Source: Terriglobia bacterium (GTDB lineage Bacteria > Acidobacteriota > Terriglobia > 20CM-2-55-15). Taken from it: a stretch of 64,000 nucleotides of DNA. The DNA lies in the NCBI GenBank assembly GCA_965198225.1, contig CBDAOY010000005.1, positions 64,001-128,000 of the forward strand. The letters run 5' to 3'. Shown one piece after another: positions 9,668-19,366 of the stretch. The translations under genes and the position numbers were made by a program. Under the pieces are notes generated by a model. That model saw nothing but the letters and a program-made list of their open reading frames with translations, was not told where the DNA came from and made no database searches. Each line of letters opens with the position of its first letter. The stretch's first letter is position 1.

Positions 9668-10720
9668 TCAGCGCTTGGCGACGGCTGGTGCTTTCCGGAC
9701 CTTCTTCTTCGGCTTCCGCCCCTGGGCCGGTGCCACGGTAACCTCTCTCCGGTAGGCGGCGGCCATGGAATCGAGGTCGGCCTCGATCCGTCGCCTCAGG
9801 CGTTCCGGTGACAGCACAACCGCCGACGGGCCGAAGCTCATGATCCACGCCACCAATTCAAACTCTCCACCGACGTGAAGGCTCATAACAATCTCTCCGC
9901 CGCCAACATCGCGGACTTTCTGAGAAGGATGCCACGCGCGTGACCGAACGTACTGAGCGATTTCGGCCTTGAAGAGCACCTCGACGTCGATCGGATCTTC
10001 CTTGACGAGTCCGAAGGCCGATTCGAGATAGCTCTCCACGGAAAAATCGGCGGGTTTTTCGAAGTGGTCGGAGCTCTTCTCGATTTCCTCGATGCGCTCG
10101 ATCGCGAACGTCCGAATCTGTTCATATTCCTCGACGTAGCCGAACAGGTAGAGCCCGCCCTTGTAATACATCAGCCGATAAGGATTCACCGTGTAGGATT
10201 TCTTCTTCTGGCTATGGACGGAGAAATACTCCATGAGGATGGTCGCATCCTCGCCGATCGCATCCATGAGAGTCCGGATCGTCTGTTTGTGCTGATCCAG
10301 GTGTTTGGGTGCGTCGGCGCGGACCGATATCATGGAGTCCAGGCTGTCGAAAAACGAGATGTTCTTCTCCGGAAGCGCCCCCTCGATCTTCTTGAACGCC
10401 GAGTCGATGTCATTGGAGAAGGGAGGCGCTGCGAGCGCGCCGACCATGTTCCTGCTGAAGTAGAGCGCGGCCAGTTCCGACAGCGACAGGTTCGCCAACG
10501 GCAAGCCTTTGTAGTCTTCAGCCAGGCGCCAGTAGACCTTGCCCTCGTACCGTTCGTCGTAGAGCGGGAACCCGGCTTCCATGAGCGCTGCAAGGTCGCG
10601 ACGAATCGTCTTCGTCGAGACGGAGTGGCGTGAGGCAAGGTCCGGAATCGTGCTCCAGCGCGTGCTCTCGATCTGTTTGAGGATCGCCCATTGACGGATC
10701 AACTGTGCATTTCGTCCCAT
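9668..10720 (-). CDS. HTH-WYL-WCX transcriptional regulator
   Basis: HTH VSTKTIRRDLAALMEAGFP; WYL domain VNPYRLMYYKGGLYLFGY..RTFAIERI; WHPSQ; WIMSFGPSAVVLSP. Confidence 0.92.
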   Translation of the reverse strand: MGRNAQLIRQWAILKQIESTRWSTIPDLASRHSVSTKTIRRDLAALMEAGFPLYDERYEGKVYWRLAEDYKGLPLANLSLSELAALYFSRNMVGALAAPPFSNDIDSAFKKIEGALPEKNISFFDSLDSMISVRADAPKHLDQHKQTIRTLMDAIGEDATILMEYFSVHSQKKKSYTVNPYRLMYYKGGLYLFGYVEEYEQIRTFAIERIEEIEKSSDHFEKPADFSVESYLESAFGLVKEDPIDVEVLFKAEIAQYVRSRAWHPSQKVRDVGGGEIVMSLHVGGEFELVAWIMSFGPSAVVLSPERLRRRIEADLDSMAAAYRREVTVAPAQGRKPKKKVRKAPAVAKR

Positions 10721-10782
10721 CTTCGACCTCTCCACCGACCCGCGCGGTGCGCTGCTAGGAGTGAGCGTTTTGGAGAAGGATT

Positions 10783-11100
10783 CTATGGTCGGGGGGCCAT
10801 GAAGACAAGCAATACCAGGTTGTCCTCACCCTGGTTTCGGACTCCATGATCCTCATTCGGCCGCGCGATGACGGCCTCGCCGTCTCCGCACTCGCGTTCC
10901 TCACCAGCGATATGGAACAATCCACGGCCCTCGATGACATAGTAGATCTTGTCGGATTCGGGATGCCTGTGGACACGCTGTTCCTGCCCAGGCTTGAGAC
11001 AATACAGGTCGCAGAAGTACTTTTCGGAGCCGAAAAGGGGGACCTTCTGCATCTTCTCGTCGGAAAAACCCACCGAGGCGCGAACGTCCTTTAACTCCAC
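10783..11100 (-). CDS. Cupin domain protein
   Basis: HRHPESDKIYYVIEGRG...EDHGVRN cupin motifs. Confidence 0.88.
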   Translation of the reverse strand: MELKDVRASVGFSDEKMQKVPLFGSEKYFCDLYCLKPGQEQRVHRHPESDKIYYVIEGRGLFHIAGEERECGDGEAVIARPNEDHGVRNQGEDNLVLLVFMAPRP

Positions 11101-11105
11101 AGCCG

Positions 11106-13439
11106 TTATTGTAGTGGAAAGACCTTGGCGTCGGTGACAATTTCGCGGACGAGCTCGCTGAAGTGCGGGTGACAGGTGAAAAGCAGTACCTGATGGGTTT
11201 TCGACAGGTCGCGGGCGGCTTTGATCGAGTTGCGGGTGCGCTCCGGATCGAAGTTGACGAAGATGTCGTCGAAGATGACGGGCAGTGGTTCCACGTGCCG
11301 GGAGTACTCGCGAACCAGCGCCAGACGGACGGCCAGGTAGAGCTGTTCGGCGGTGCCGCGGCTCAGATGCTCCGGGCCGATGCGAGTCCCATCCTCACGC
11401 TCGATCACCAGGTCGGCCGACCCAAGCGGGCTGATGACTCGTGTGTATCGACCGTCGGACATCCGGTTGAAACACTCCGAGGCAGACCGCAGGACTTCCG
11501 GTTGACGCTCGGTCTCGTAGATCTTCCGGGTTTCCTCCAGTAGAGTGCGGCACAGGGTCAGCACCGCCCACTTCTCGGAAGCTTCGTCGATTCCAGCCAG
11601 GATGGATTCCTGGCGCAGGCGAACCCGCGAACGCTCCTCATTGCGCCCCAGAGCACGGATCCGTTCTTCGACCCCGCCACAAGCGTGTCGGGTCTCGGCC
11701 AGACGGGCGCTGGACGCCTCCAGCTCGGCGGTCTCAGCCCGGTAGGCGGCGGCATCGACTGCATCGACGCCCTCCATCCCGGGTTCCGGATCGATGGTCC
11801 CCGACGGGGTTCGATCCAGCTCTACTTGAAGATTTTGCCTCTGTTTGAAGAGCTCTCCGCGACGGAAAAATTCACTCTCCGTCGCCGCACCGGCAGCTTC
11901 GAGCAGCGAGAGGATCTTGCTTTCGTTGTCCGCAACATGCTTCATGATGGCTTCCCGCTGCCGGTCTTCGAGCTGCAGCGCCTCGTCGAGGGATCGGATG
12001 CCATCCGCCATCTCGCCCAAATCCCGAACCCTCGCCTCTTCCCGGGCCAGATCGACACCCGAGAAATCAGGTCGGCCGATCAGGGCCTCGATGCTGGATC
12101 GCAGCGTCGAACGTTGATCCTCGACCTTGCGTAGGCCTTCTTCAGCAGAACGCAAGCGCTCCTCGCAGGCCTCCACCTGCGCCTGCAGGCGCGCCGACCG
12201 GCGCCTGCGACCGTAGTACCACAGCGTCATCGCGAACAGCACCGCACCGATCGCGCCGCTGGCGACCGGCTGCGCCATCATGAAGAGGACGGCACCGACG
12301 ACACCGACCAGGACGATGAAGATCGTCATCGCAAGCGCGGAAGGCGGGCGCGCCGCCCGGGCAGCGGAGGAGATCGCAGCGAGTTCGCCCGACACGGCTT
12401 CCTGCTTGGCGGCAGCGGCCGCCACGACTTCGGCGGCGGCGTCCTGGCGCGGCAGAAGCAGTCTCAGGGACTCGACCCCACGTCCGCGGCGGATGAGCTC
12501 CTGCGGCGTGTAGCGCGAGGCCAATTCGGCCCGTTTCGCCCTTCGCTGCTCGTTCTCCACGCGATGTCTTTCCAAGTCGTCCTCGAGCTGCCGTCGCTGG
12601 TGCAGCAAGAGGTTCAGGCTCTGGACACCTCCTTCGGGGAAGCTGTCGATCGTCTCCAGACCTGCAAGCTGTCTTTCGATTTCGTTTCGCCTTTTGCGGT
12701 ACGGTTCGGCTTGGCGCAGCTTCTCGTAGTGCGCGACCCGGCTCGCCAGCCGGGACATCGACTCTTCGAGAGCTTGAATCTCTACTTCGAGACCGGCTCG
12801 CTCTTCGTGCGCAGCGACGTACTCCTCGGGTTCGTGCTCGGTACGGTCCAGCTCGTCGCGAACCGCCTCCAACTCCTTCAAAGACCGGTTGATCGTGCTG
12901 TTCTGGCCGCGCGGCAGGAACAACTTGCCGCGGCGATCTTCGAGGTCCTTCCGGACCCGGCTCCAACGCGAGGCACCGACACCCATGCCGGCGCCTGAGA
13001 TGTGGGAGGCCACTTCGCTTTCCTCCAGCGTGCGAAACTGTTCGAGCTCTTCCAGGCCGAACGCAAAAACGTTGTGGTACAGGGTGCGTGTCGTGCCTCC
13101 CAGGAGGGACTCGAGCATCTGTTCGTCGCCGGTCCCGCCGTCGTGATGCACGGCCACGGCGCCACGAACGTGACGGCCGGCTTTACGCTCTACCCGAATG
13201 ACTTTCTCCTCGAGCCTCAACCCGAGCGAACCGCCGTGGATGCCCCCGCCGAGCGGCTCATACCTCCGGGGATGGTTCCTCCGCTCAAACCCGAAGAGAA
13301 TCGAACGGACGAAGCTCATCAAGGTCGTCTTGCCCGCCTCGTTGGGACCGAGAAAGACGTTGACGCCTTCCGACAGGCCGCTCCAGACCTGGTCATGCCA
13401 GACCCCGAAGCCATTCACGGCAATGTCGGTGATCCTCAT
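11106..13439 (-). CDS. YhaN-like SMC/Rad50-type AAA ATPase with two internal TM segments
   Basis: Walker A GPNEAGKTT, coiled coils, TM pair, LSRGTAEQLYLAVRL, IFDDIFVNFD, FTCH. Start MRITDI overlaps the upstream stop (ATGA). Confidence 0.9.
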   Translation of the reverse strand: MRITDIAVNGFGVWHDQVWSGLSEGVNVFLGPNEAGKTTLMSFVRSILFGFERRNHPRRYEPLGGGIHGGSLGLRLEEKVIRVERKAGRHVRGAVAVHHDGGTGDEQMLESLLGGTTRTLYHNVFAFGLEELEQFRTLEESEVASHISGAGMGVGASRWSRVRKDLEDRRGKLFLPRGQNSTINRSLKELEAVRDELDRTEHEPEEYVAAHEERAGLEVEIQALEESMSRLASRVAHYEKLRQAEPYRKRRNEIERQLAGLETIDSFPEGGVQSLNLLLHQRRQLEDDLERHRVENEQRRAKRAELASRYTPQELIRRGRGVESLRLLLPRQDAAAEVVAAAAAKQEAVSGELAAISSAARAARPPSALAMTIFIVLVGVVGAVLFMMAQPVASGAIGAVLFAMTLWYYGRRRRSARLQAQVEACEERLRSAEEGLRKVEDQRSTLRSSIEALIGRPDFSGVDLAREEARVRDLGEMADGIRSLDEALQLEDRQREAIMKHVADNESKILSLLEAAGAATESEFFRRGELFKQRQNLQVELDRTPSGTIDPEPGMEGVDAVDAAAYRAETAELEASSARLAETRHACGGVEERIRALGRNEERSRVRLRQESILAGIDEASEKWAVLTLCRTLLEETRKIYETERQPEVLRSASECFNRMSDGRYTRVISPLGSADLVIEREDGTRIGPEHLSRGTAEQLYLAVRLALVREYSRHVEPLPVIFDDIFVNFDPERTRNSIKAARDLSKTHQVLLFTCHPHFSELVREIVTDAKVFPLQ

Positions 13440-14656
13440 CGTTCGAGGAGAAGGTCCACCCCGAGGGTCCCCGCTTTCTCGATCCACTCCCCGATGCGGG
13501 CGGCGTCGGGCGTAAACAACTCCCTTTTTCGGAAGAGGGGAGTCAGACTCTCGGCGAGTTCAGCTCGGTAGGCAGGATCGGTCTGGGCTCTTTCTACGAG
13601 GCTGAGGAAATCGCTGATGACGGGTTCAGATGCTGCCAGATCGTCGCGGCCCGATCCCGGGTCGGTCATGATCCGGACGGATTCGACGTCGACAAGGGAC
13701 TGAAGCTGATGCTGAATCTCCTCGCTCATACCCTCGCGGCGCAGATCGGAGTGGAGAGGCCCGTTCCCCACGAGTCGGCAGCGAAGGAGGGTGGGGCCGT
13801 CGAACTTCGCGCCGATCCGCTTCGCTTTTTCTTTGAGCCCGTCGATCAAGCTATCCATCCGGGAGTGGCCGCCGATGGAGAATTCGAGGTTGGCCCAGCG
13901 GACGACGTCGGTCTCGATGAACGTCAAGCGTGTCCGGCCGCTGGAGTCGACATCGACCTGAAAGCAACCCCGGGGCCCGGTCTCTCGGGCATGTCGACCC
14001 TGCGGGTTCCCCGGATAGACGATGGGTGGCGACGCGAACAGGACGGATCGGTTGTGAACATGACCGAGGGCCCAATAGTCAAAGCCGGCACGGACAAGGT
14101 CGTCGAGCGGGGCCGGCGCATAGTCGGCGTGACCGGACTGGCGGCCGATGTTGGCATGCAGGACGGCGATCGAATACACGTCGCCAAGGGTGCGCTTGAA
14201 CGACCGCGCCAGGTTGTCGGTCACCCGCTCCCGCGTGTAACTCACGCCGGCGACTCGCGCAACTTCCCGTCCTCCCCGGATGACCGGCAAAGCCTGTACC
14301 TGACCGTTGAAGGTGAACACGTTCGACGGCATCTTGAACTCGCTGCCCCAGCCGTTGAGCGGATCGTGATTGCCGTGGACGACATACACTCCGATGTCGC
14401 GCTCGGCGAGCCGTTCCATCTGGTGACGGAACTCGACCAGTGCCCGAAGGCTTCGGTCGCGGGAATCGTAGAGGTCCCCGGCAATGACGACAAAGTCCGA
14501 CTTCGACTCGATCGCGTGCGTGACGATCCGATTCAACGCTTCGAAGGTTGCCGAGTGGAGATGGTCCCGGAGGGCCCCAGACGTCTGGGCCAGACCGCGA
14601 AAAGGGCTGTCCAGATGCAGGTCGGCTGTGTGGATGAATCGAAGCTTCTTCATCAA
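13436..14656 (-). CDS. YhaO-like Mre11/SbcD metallophosphoesterase (DNA repair exonuclease)
   Basis: HTADLHLD, AGDLYD, GNHD, WALGHVH, YPGNPQGR. Confidence 0.92.
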   Translation of the reverse strand: MMKKLRFIHTADLHLDSPFRGLAQTSGALRDHLHSATFEALNRIVTHAIESKSDFVVIAGDLYDSRDRSLRALVEFRHQMERLAERDIGVYVVHGNHDPLNGWGSEFKMPSNVFTFNGQVQALPVIRGGREVARVAGVSYTRERVTDNLARSFKRTLGDVYSIAVLHANIGRQSGHADYAPAPLDDLVRAGFDYWALGHVHNRSVLFASPPIVYPGNPQGRHARETGPRGCFQVDVDSSGRTRLTFIETDVVRWANLEFSIGGHSRMDSLIDGLKEKAKRIGAKFDGPTLLRCRLVGNGPLHSDLRREGMSEEIQHQLQSLVDVESVRIMTDPGSGRDDLAASEPVISDFLSLVERAQTDPAYRAELAESLTPLFRKRELFTPDAARIGEWIEKAGTLGVDLLLER

Positions 14657-14820
14657 ATAATTATGCCGATGAACGCGGTCAGGTCTGGTCCGGGTGCAGG
14701 GTGCGTGTCGATGGGGTAAACTATTGATCAGTATGGGATAGCGACGAGTTCACGAGTTCGTCCGACGGCAATCGGCTTCGGGAACCGAAGCAAAACGGCT
14801 TCGGAAAGAGGGATCACCAC

Positions 14821-15570
14821 ATGCGGACGCTGGTTCTGCTGCGACACGGCGAGAGCACCTGGAATAAGGAAAACCGGTTCACCGGATGGACGGATGTCGG
14901 CCTGACCGAGAAAGGTGTGAGCGAGGCAACGGAAGCCGGCCGCGCGATGAGCGAAGCAGGCTACCACTTCGACATCGCGTTCACCTCGGTGCTGAAACGG
15001 GCGATCAAGACGCTCTGGCTGGCGCTGGAAGAAATGGACATGATGTGGATCCCGGTCCGGCGCAGTTGGCGTCTCAACGAGCGCCATTACGGAGACCTCC
15101 AGGGCGCAAACAAGCTGGAGATGGTCGAACGGTTCGGCTCGGAACAGGTGCACGTCTGGCGCCGCAGCTACGACACTCCACCGCCGCCACTCGAAGCAGA
15201 AGACGAACGAAGCCCCCGCAACGACCCCCGGTACAGTTCGCTGGCCCCCGAAGACGTGCCGTTGACCGAAAGCCTGAAACTGACTGTCGATCGAGTCATG
15301 CCCTACTGGCACGACACGATCGCGCCGGACTTAACCTTGGGAAAGCGAGTGCTGATCGTCTCGCACGGCAACAGCCTCCGCGCGCTGGTCAAGTACCTCG
15401 ACAACGTCAGCAACGAGGACATCGTCGGCTACAACATCCCCACCGGAATCCCACTGGTCTACGAACTGAACGACGACCTGACTCCGATCCGCCACTTCTA
15501 CCTCGGAGATCCAGACGCCGTGGAACGCGCAGCCAGAGCCGTTGCGGAACAGACCCGTCAGAAAGACTAG
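14821..15570 (+). CDS. gpmA: 2,3-bisphosphoglycerate-dependent phosphoglycerate mutase
   Basis: [46 protein letters not shown]. Confidence 0.97.
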   Translation: MRTLVLLRHGESTWNKENRFTGWTDVGLTEKGVSEATEAGRAMSEAGYHFDIAFTSVLKRAIKTLWLALEEMDMMWIPVRRSWRLNERHYGDLQGANKLEMVERFGSEQVHVWRRSYDTPPPPLEAEDERSPRNDPRYSSLAPEDVPLTESLKLTVDRVMPYWHDTIAPDLTLGKRVLIVSHGNSLRALVKYLDNVSNEDIVGYNIPTGIPLVYELNDDLTPIRHFYLGDPDAVERAARAVAEQTRQKD

Positions 15571-15615
15571 CCCCGGTGCCCTAACGGGTGCCGAGAAACT
15601 CCTCGTCTCGGAACC

Positions 15616-15759
15616 ATTGCAGATTGGTCATCGGACGAGTCCGCATTGGAAGTCGGAGATTGGAGATTGCTCGATTTCTTATTGGTCGGAAATCTGAGAT
15701 GAAGCAATTTCCAATGCACAACTTGCAATGCGGATTGTTCAGATATCGCGATCTGCAAT
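15616..15759. repeat. Long imperfect intergenic inverted repeat
   Basis: Nested arms ATTGCAGAT/ATCTGCAAT, TCCGCATTGGAAGT/ACTTGCAATGCGGA and ATTGGAGATTGCT/AGCAATTTCCAAT. Confidence 0.7.
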
Positions 15760-15825
15760 AAGACCCCTACTAAGTTTTCGTAAGACCTCTAGATCTTTCT
15801 CTGTCCCGAATTCCCCAAGGTCGGC

Positions 15826-15892
15826 TGTAGGTGCGCTCTATGAGCGCACGTCGTTGTAGCCCGACAATGTGCGGTCATAGACCGCACCTACA
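15826..15892. repeat. REP doublet (REPIN), GTAG family
   Basis: TGTAGGTGCGCTCTATGAGCGCAC...GTGCGGTCATAGACCGCACCTACA; same family as 1544-1811. Confidence 0.85.
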
Positions 15893-15923
15893 CCTGGTTC
15901 ATGCACCCGCGAAACATTTCTAT

Positions 15924-15968
15924 TTGACAGCACGATCGTTCGTTCTTTATAATACGAACGATCGTGCT
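15924..15968 (+). promoter_or_regulatory. Consensus sigma70 promoter overlapped by a TetR-type operator
   Basis: TTGACA (15924-15929), 18 bp, TATAAT (15948-15953); perfect 15-bp IR AGCACGATCGTTCGT (15929-15943) / ACGAACGATCGTGCT (15954-15968). Confidence 0.88.
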
Positions 15969-15993
15969 TGTAAATGAGATTGGGAGGCAATGT

Positions 15994-16665
15994 ATGGGTT
16001 CAGCGACGCATCGGATCTCGAAGGGCGCGACGACCCGTCGTCAAATTGTCAACGTCGCGGTCGACAGCGCCTCGGCCGAAGGCCTGGAGGGGCTGACGAT
16101 CGGTCGTCTGGCCAGAGAGCTCGAAATGAGCAAGAGCGGGCTGTTCGGGCACTTCGGTTCAAAGGAAGAGCTCCAGCTCGCAGCGGTGGAACGGGCGGGG
16201 GACGTCTTCGTCGAGGAGATCATCACTCCCGCCGCGGACACGGAACGGGGCCTGGAGCGACTCGGTGCCCTGCTGGACAACTGGTTGTCCTACGTCGAGC
16301 GAATCGTCTTTCGCGGGGGCTGCTTTTTTGCGGCAGCGTCGGCGGAATTCGATTCGCGGCCTGGAGCGGTTCGGGACCGGATAGCGGAACTGTGCCAGGC
16401 CTGGGTTCGAATCCTGGAGGAAGAAGTCCGGGAGGCTCAGAGCCGTTCGCAGTTGGGCAGCGAGATCGAACCCGCCCGGCTGGTTTTCGGACTGCACGCC
16501 TTCGTGCAGGAGGCGAACTGGGCGTTCAAACTCCTGAACGACCCCGCCGCGTTCGAGAAGGCGCGTCAGTCCATCGACGAACTGATCCTTAACTCCAGCA
16601 AGAAACCCGGCCGAAGAACGGCCGGTCAAAAGCAACAACTCGAACCAACTCGGAGAAAACCATGA
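15994..16665 (+). CDS. TetR/AcrR family regulator
   Basis: GLEGLTIGRLARELEMSKSGLFGHFGSKEELQ; GGCFF; GGGAGG RBS. Confidence 0.93.
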   Translation: MGSATHRISKGATTRRQIVNVAVDSASAEGLEGLTIGRLARELEMSKSGLFGHFGSKEELQLAAVERAGDVFVEEIITPAADTERGLERLGALLDNWLSYVERIVFRGGCFFAAASAEFDSRPGAVRDRIAELCQAWVRILEEEVREAQSRSQLGSEIEPARLVFGLHAFVQEANWAFKLLNDPAAFEKARQSIDELILNSSKKPGRRTAGQKQQLEPTRRKP

Positions 16666-17054
16666 ACTCGAAACTTCTGAAGAGATCGTTACAGGCCAAC
16701 GGGGCCTTTTCACTGGCATCGGCCGCGATCCTGCTCGCCGGGGCGATCCCGTTGTCCGCCGCCTTCGGACTCTCGGAACCCTTCATCTTGATCGGCGTCG
16801 GCATCTCGCTGATTGTCTTCGCCATCGGTCTTCTTCGTAACGCGGCCCGCGAAGATATCCGCCTGGGCGAGGCCAAGCTGGCGGTCGCGCTGGACGTTGC
16901 CTGGTTGGTGGGTACCGCGATCGTCCTGGCGGCCGGACTCCTCACGCCGTCTGGGAACCTCGCCCTGATCCTGGTGGCGGATTTCGTCTTCCTATTCGCG
17001 CTACTGCAGGCCCTCGGGATCCTCCGAATCCGCAGAACCCAACCGGCCTGTTAA
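16662..17054 (+). CDS. Four-TM membrane protein co-transcribed with TetR
   Basis: ATGA overlap with TetR; hydrophobic segments. Confidence 0.75.
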   Translation: MNSKLLKRSLQANGAFSLASAAILLAGAIPLSAAFGLSEPFILIGVGISLIVFAIGLLRNAAREDIRLGEAKLAVALDVAWLVGTAIVLAAGLLTPSGNLALILVADFVFLFALLQALGILRIRRTQPAC

Positions 17055-17082
17055 CCGATCCGGCTTTCCCACGTCTTACTAG

Positions 17083-17424
17083 ATGAGTGTCGAAACTAAC
17101 GAAGAACGGATGGGCAAACCGATGAAGCCAAAAAACGAAATCCCCTTGAACGCAACCGGCTACAAGGTCGTTTCGCTGAACTCGAGACTGGCCGGCTTTC
17201 GCGAAAACCTGAAAAGAACCCTCGCCGAAGGCACGCTGGCTCGCGCGGATCAGAACCGAGACGGTTTCTATGAGGTCGAGGTGGGCGGTCGCTGTTTCTA
17301 CATCCACATCTACGATGCAATGAAGACGGTGTACCTGGTCGGCGCGGTCGAGTGTGTCGCCGAATTCGGCAAGAGACTGTCGAGCGCGCGTACACCGTTC
17401 CAGGCAGAAAGCGCAGTGGCGTAG
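17083..17424 (+). CDS. Hypothetical protein
   Basis: Fills the gap before the terminator; FYEVEVGGRCFYIHI. Confidence 0.55.
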   Translation: MSVETNEERMGKPMKPKNEIPLNATGYKVVSLNSRLAGFRENLKRTLAEGTLARADQNRDGFYEVEVGGRCFYIHIYDAMKTVYLVGAVECVAEFGKRLSSARTPFQAESAVA

Positions 17425-17466
17425 CAAAAAGCGAAGGACGAGTGGCCGATTCGGCCGCAAAAGAAG

Positions 17467-17497
17467 AAAAGCCCGGGGGTTTCATCCCCGGGCTTTT
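17467..17497. terminator. Bidirectional intrinsic terminator
   Basis: AAAAGCCCGGGG-loop-CCCCGGGCTTTT between convergent genes. Confidence 0.85.
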
Positions 17498-17531
17498 GTT
17501 GTTTGCGGTCAGGACCGCACCGGCACCTGAT

Positions 17532-18476
17532 TCAGTGCGCTGGCGCTCTGTCCGCGGCAAAGACGGGCGTGCACCAGTCGCGGTACTTCTCTTCCCTACC
17601 GCGGACGACGTTGAAGAACAGATTGCGCAGTTTCGTCGTCACGGGTCCCATCGAGCCGGAACCAACCGGCCGATGATCGACCTTCGTGATGGCTGCGATC
17701 TGAACTCCGGTCCCGCCAAAGAACGCTTCGTCCGCGACATAGAGTTCCGTCCGGTCCAGCTTGCGTTCCACAACCTCCACTCCCAGGTCATCCTGCAACA
17801 GTTGGATCATGGTGCGGCGCACGATGCCCTCGAGGATATTGTCGGTGACGGGCGGCGTCAGGACGCGGCCGTCACGAACCAGAAAGACGTTCGCGGCGGA
17901 GCCTTCGGAGATGTGCCCATCCTCGGTCAACACGATGGCTTCGTCGAAACCCGCACGCTCGGCATCCGTCTTGACGAAGGCCGAATTGACGTAGGCGCCG
18001 GAAATCTTGCCGCGTGCCGGAATCGTGTTGTCGTCGACACGGCGCCAGGATGAAACGGTGACGTGCGCACCCTGGTCGTTCTCGACGTAGAGTCCGAAAG
18101 GAAACGTCACGATCGACAGATCCGGATTCATGTCGTGTAGCTTTACACCGATGACCTCGTCGGGGAAGAACGCTAGAGGACGAATGTACACATCCTCGTG
18201 AAGGTCTTCCCGCCGTAGAAGATCCAGGGTTACCTGGGTCAGATCCTGCAGCGTGTAAGGGAGTTCCATGCATAGCAGGTTCGCCGACTGCAGAAACCGC
18301 CGGTAATGATCCTCCGGACGGAAGACAAACATCTGTTCTTCGTCATCGTTCCAATACCCGCGAAGTCCTCCAAAAACGCCGGTCCCATAATTCAGGGTAT
18401 GCGCCAGGACTCCGACCTTCGCTTCGTTGTAAGGAACGACGCGGCCTTGGAAAAACGCATATTTCGGTGTAGCCAC
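17532..18476 (-). CDS. ilvE: Branched-chain amino acid aminotransferase
   Basis: HTLNYGTGVFGGLRGY, GKISGAYVNS, EGSAANVF, ILEGIVR, EAFFGGTGVQI. Confidence 0.93.
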   Translation of the reverse strand: MATPKYAFFQGRVVPYNEAKVGVLAHTLNYGTGVFGGLRGYWNDDEEQMFVFRPEDHYRRFLQSANLLCMELPYTLQDLTQVTLDLLRREDLHEDVYIRPLAFFPDEVIGVKLHDMNPDLSIVTFPFGLYVENDQGAHVTVSSWRRVDDNTIPARGKISGAYVNSAFVKTDAERAGFDEAIVLTEDGHISEGSAANVFLVRDGRVLTPPVTDNILEGIVRRTMIQLLQDDLGVEVVERKLDRTELYVADEAFFGGTGVQIAAITKVDHRPVGSGSMGPVTTKLRNLFFNVVRGREEKYRDWCTPVFAADRAPAH

Positions 18477-18646
18477 TATCGTCTCCTGTGTCAGGACGTC
18501 TTGTTAGATAGATGCGCCTCGGAAAGGCTTATCCAACCGCCCTTTCCGAGGCGCAATATAATCAGTATGCACCCAATGCCATGGATTCATGGAAGATATT
18601 CTCCGGTTTAGGCCCCGAAGAGTGAGGTTTTTGCAGGTCTCCCGGT

Positions 18647-19366
18647 TCAGCCGACGAACTTATACCCGAGCCCGTGGACGGTGAGGATGAACTGAGGCCT
18701 GCGGGGAGTGGTTTCCAGCTTCTGACGGAGCCAGGCGACATGCACATCGACGGTACGTGTGGAGGGCATCGAATTGTAGCCCCAGACCTCATCGAGTAGC
18801 TCGTTGCGCGAGAGGGTCGCGCCGCGATGCTGGATGAAGTGGCGCAGGAGCTGGTATTCCTTGGCCGAGAGCTCGACCTCGCGTCCATCCTTCTCGATCT
18901 CGGCTTTGCGGAAGTCCACGACCACGTCGTCGAACCGGTATCGATCACCGGAGCGGGACGAGCCCGTCGTTGAGCGGCGCAGCAAGGCTTCGATCCGTGC
19001 CAGAAGTTCGATCATCTCGAAAGGCTTGGTCAGGTAGTCGTCGGCGCCGAGTTTGAGTCCGACGACCTTATCGGTAACCTGCCCTCGCGCGGTCAGCATC
19101 AGCACCGGCGTCTCCAGACCCTGTTGCCGGAGATCCCGGCAGATGTCGAATCCGCTCCTGTGGGGAAGCATGAGATCGAGGATGATCAGATCGAACGTCT
19201 TTCGGGCGGCCGAGGGAACCGCCTCGTTGCCGTCCGATACGGTTTCCACGCTGTAGCCCTCGCTGGTCAACCGGTCGACGAGCGTCACCACCAGGCCCGG
19301 CTCATCTTCGATGAGCAGGATGTGGGGGCTGGTCTGGCTGGTCGGCAGCGGCTGCGGCGCGCTCAT
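18647..19366 (-). CDS. OmpR/PhoB family response regulator
   Basis: Start MSAPQP (ATGA overlap with the kinase); LIEDE, ILDLMLP, GADDYLTKPF, RTVDVHVAWLRQKLE. Confidence 0.95.
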   Translation of the reverse strand: MSAPQPLPTSQTSPHILLIEDEPGLVVTLVDRLTSEGYSVETVSDGNEAVPSAARKTFDLIILDLMLPHRSGFDICRDLRQQGLETPVLMLTARGQVTDKVVGLKLGADDYLTKPFEMIELLARIEALLRRSTTGSSRSGDRYRFDDVVVDFRKAEIEKDGREVELSAKEYQLLRHFIQHRGATLSRNELLDEVWGYNSMPSTRTVDVHVAWLRQKLETTPRRPQFILTVHGLGYKFVG

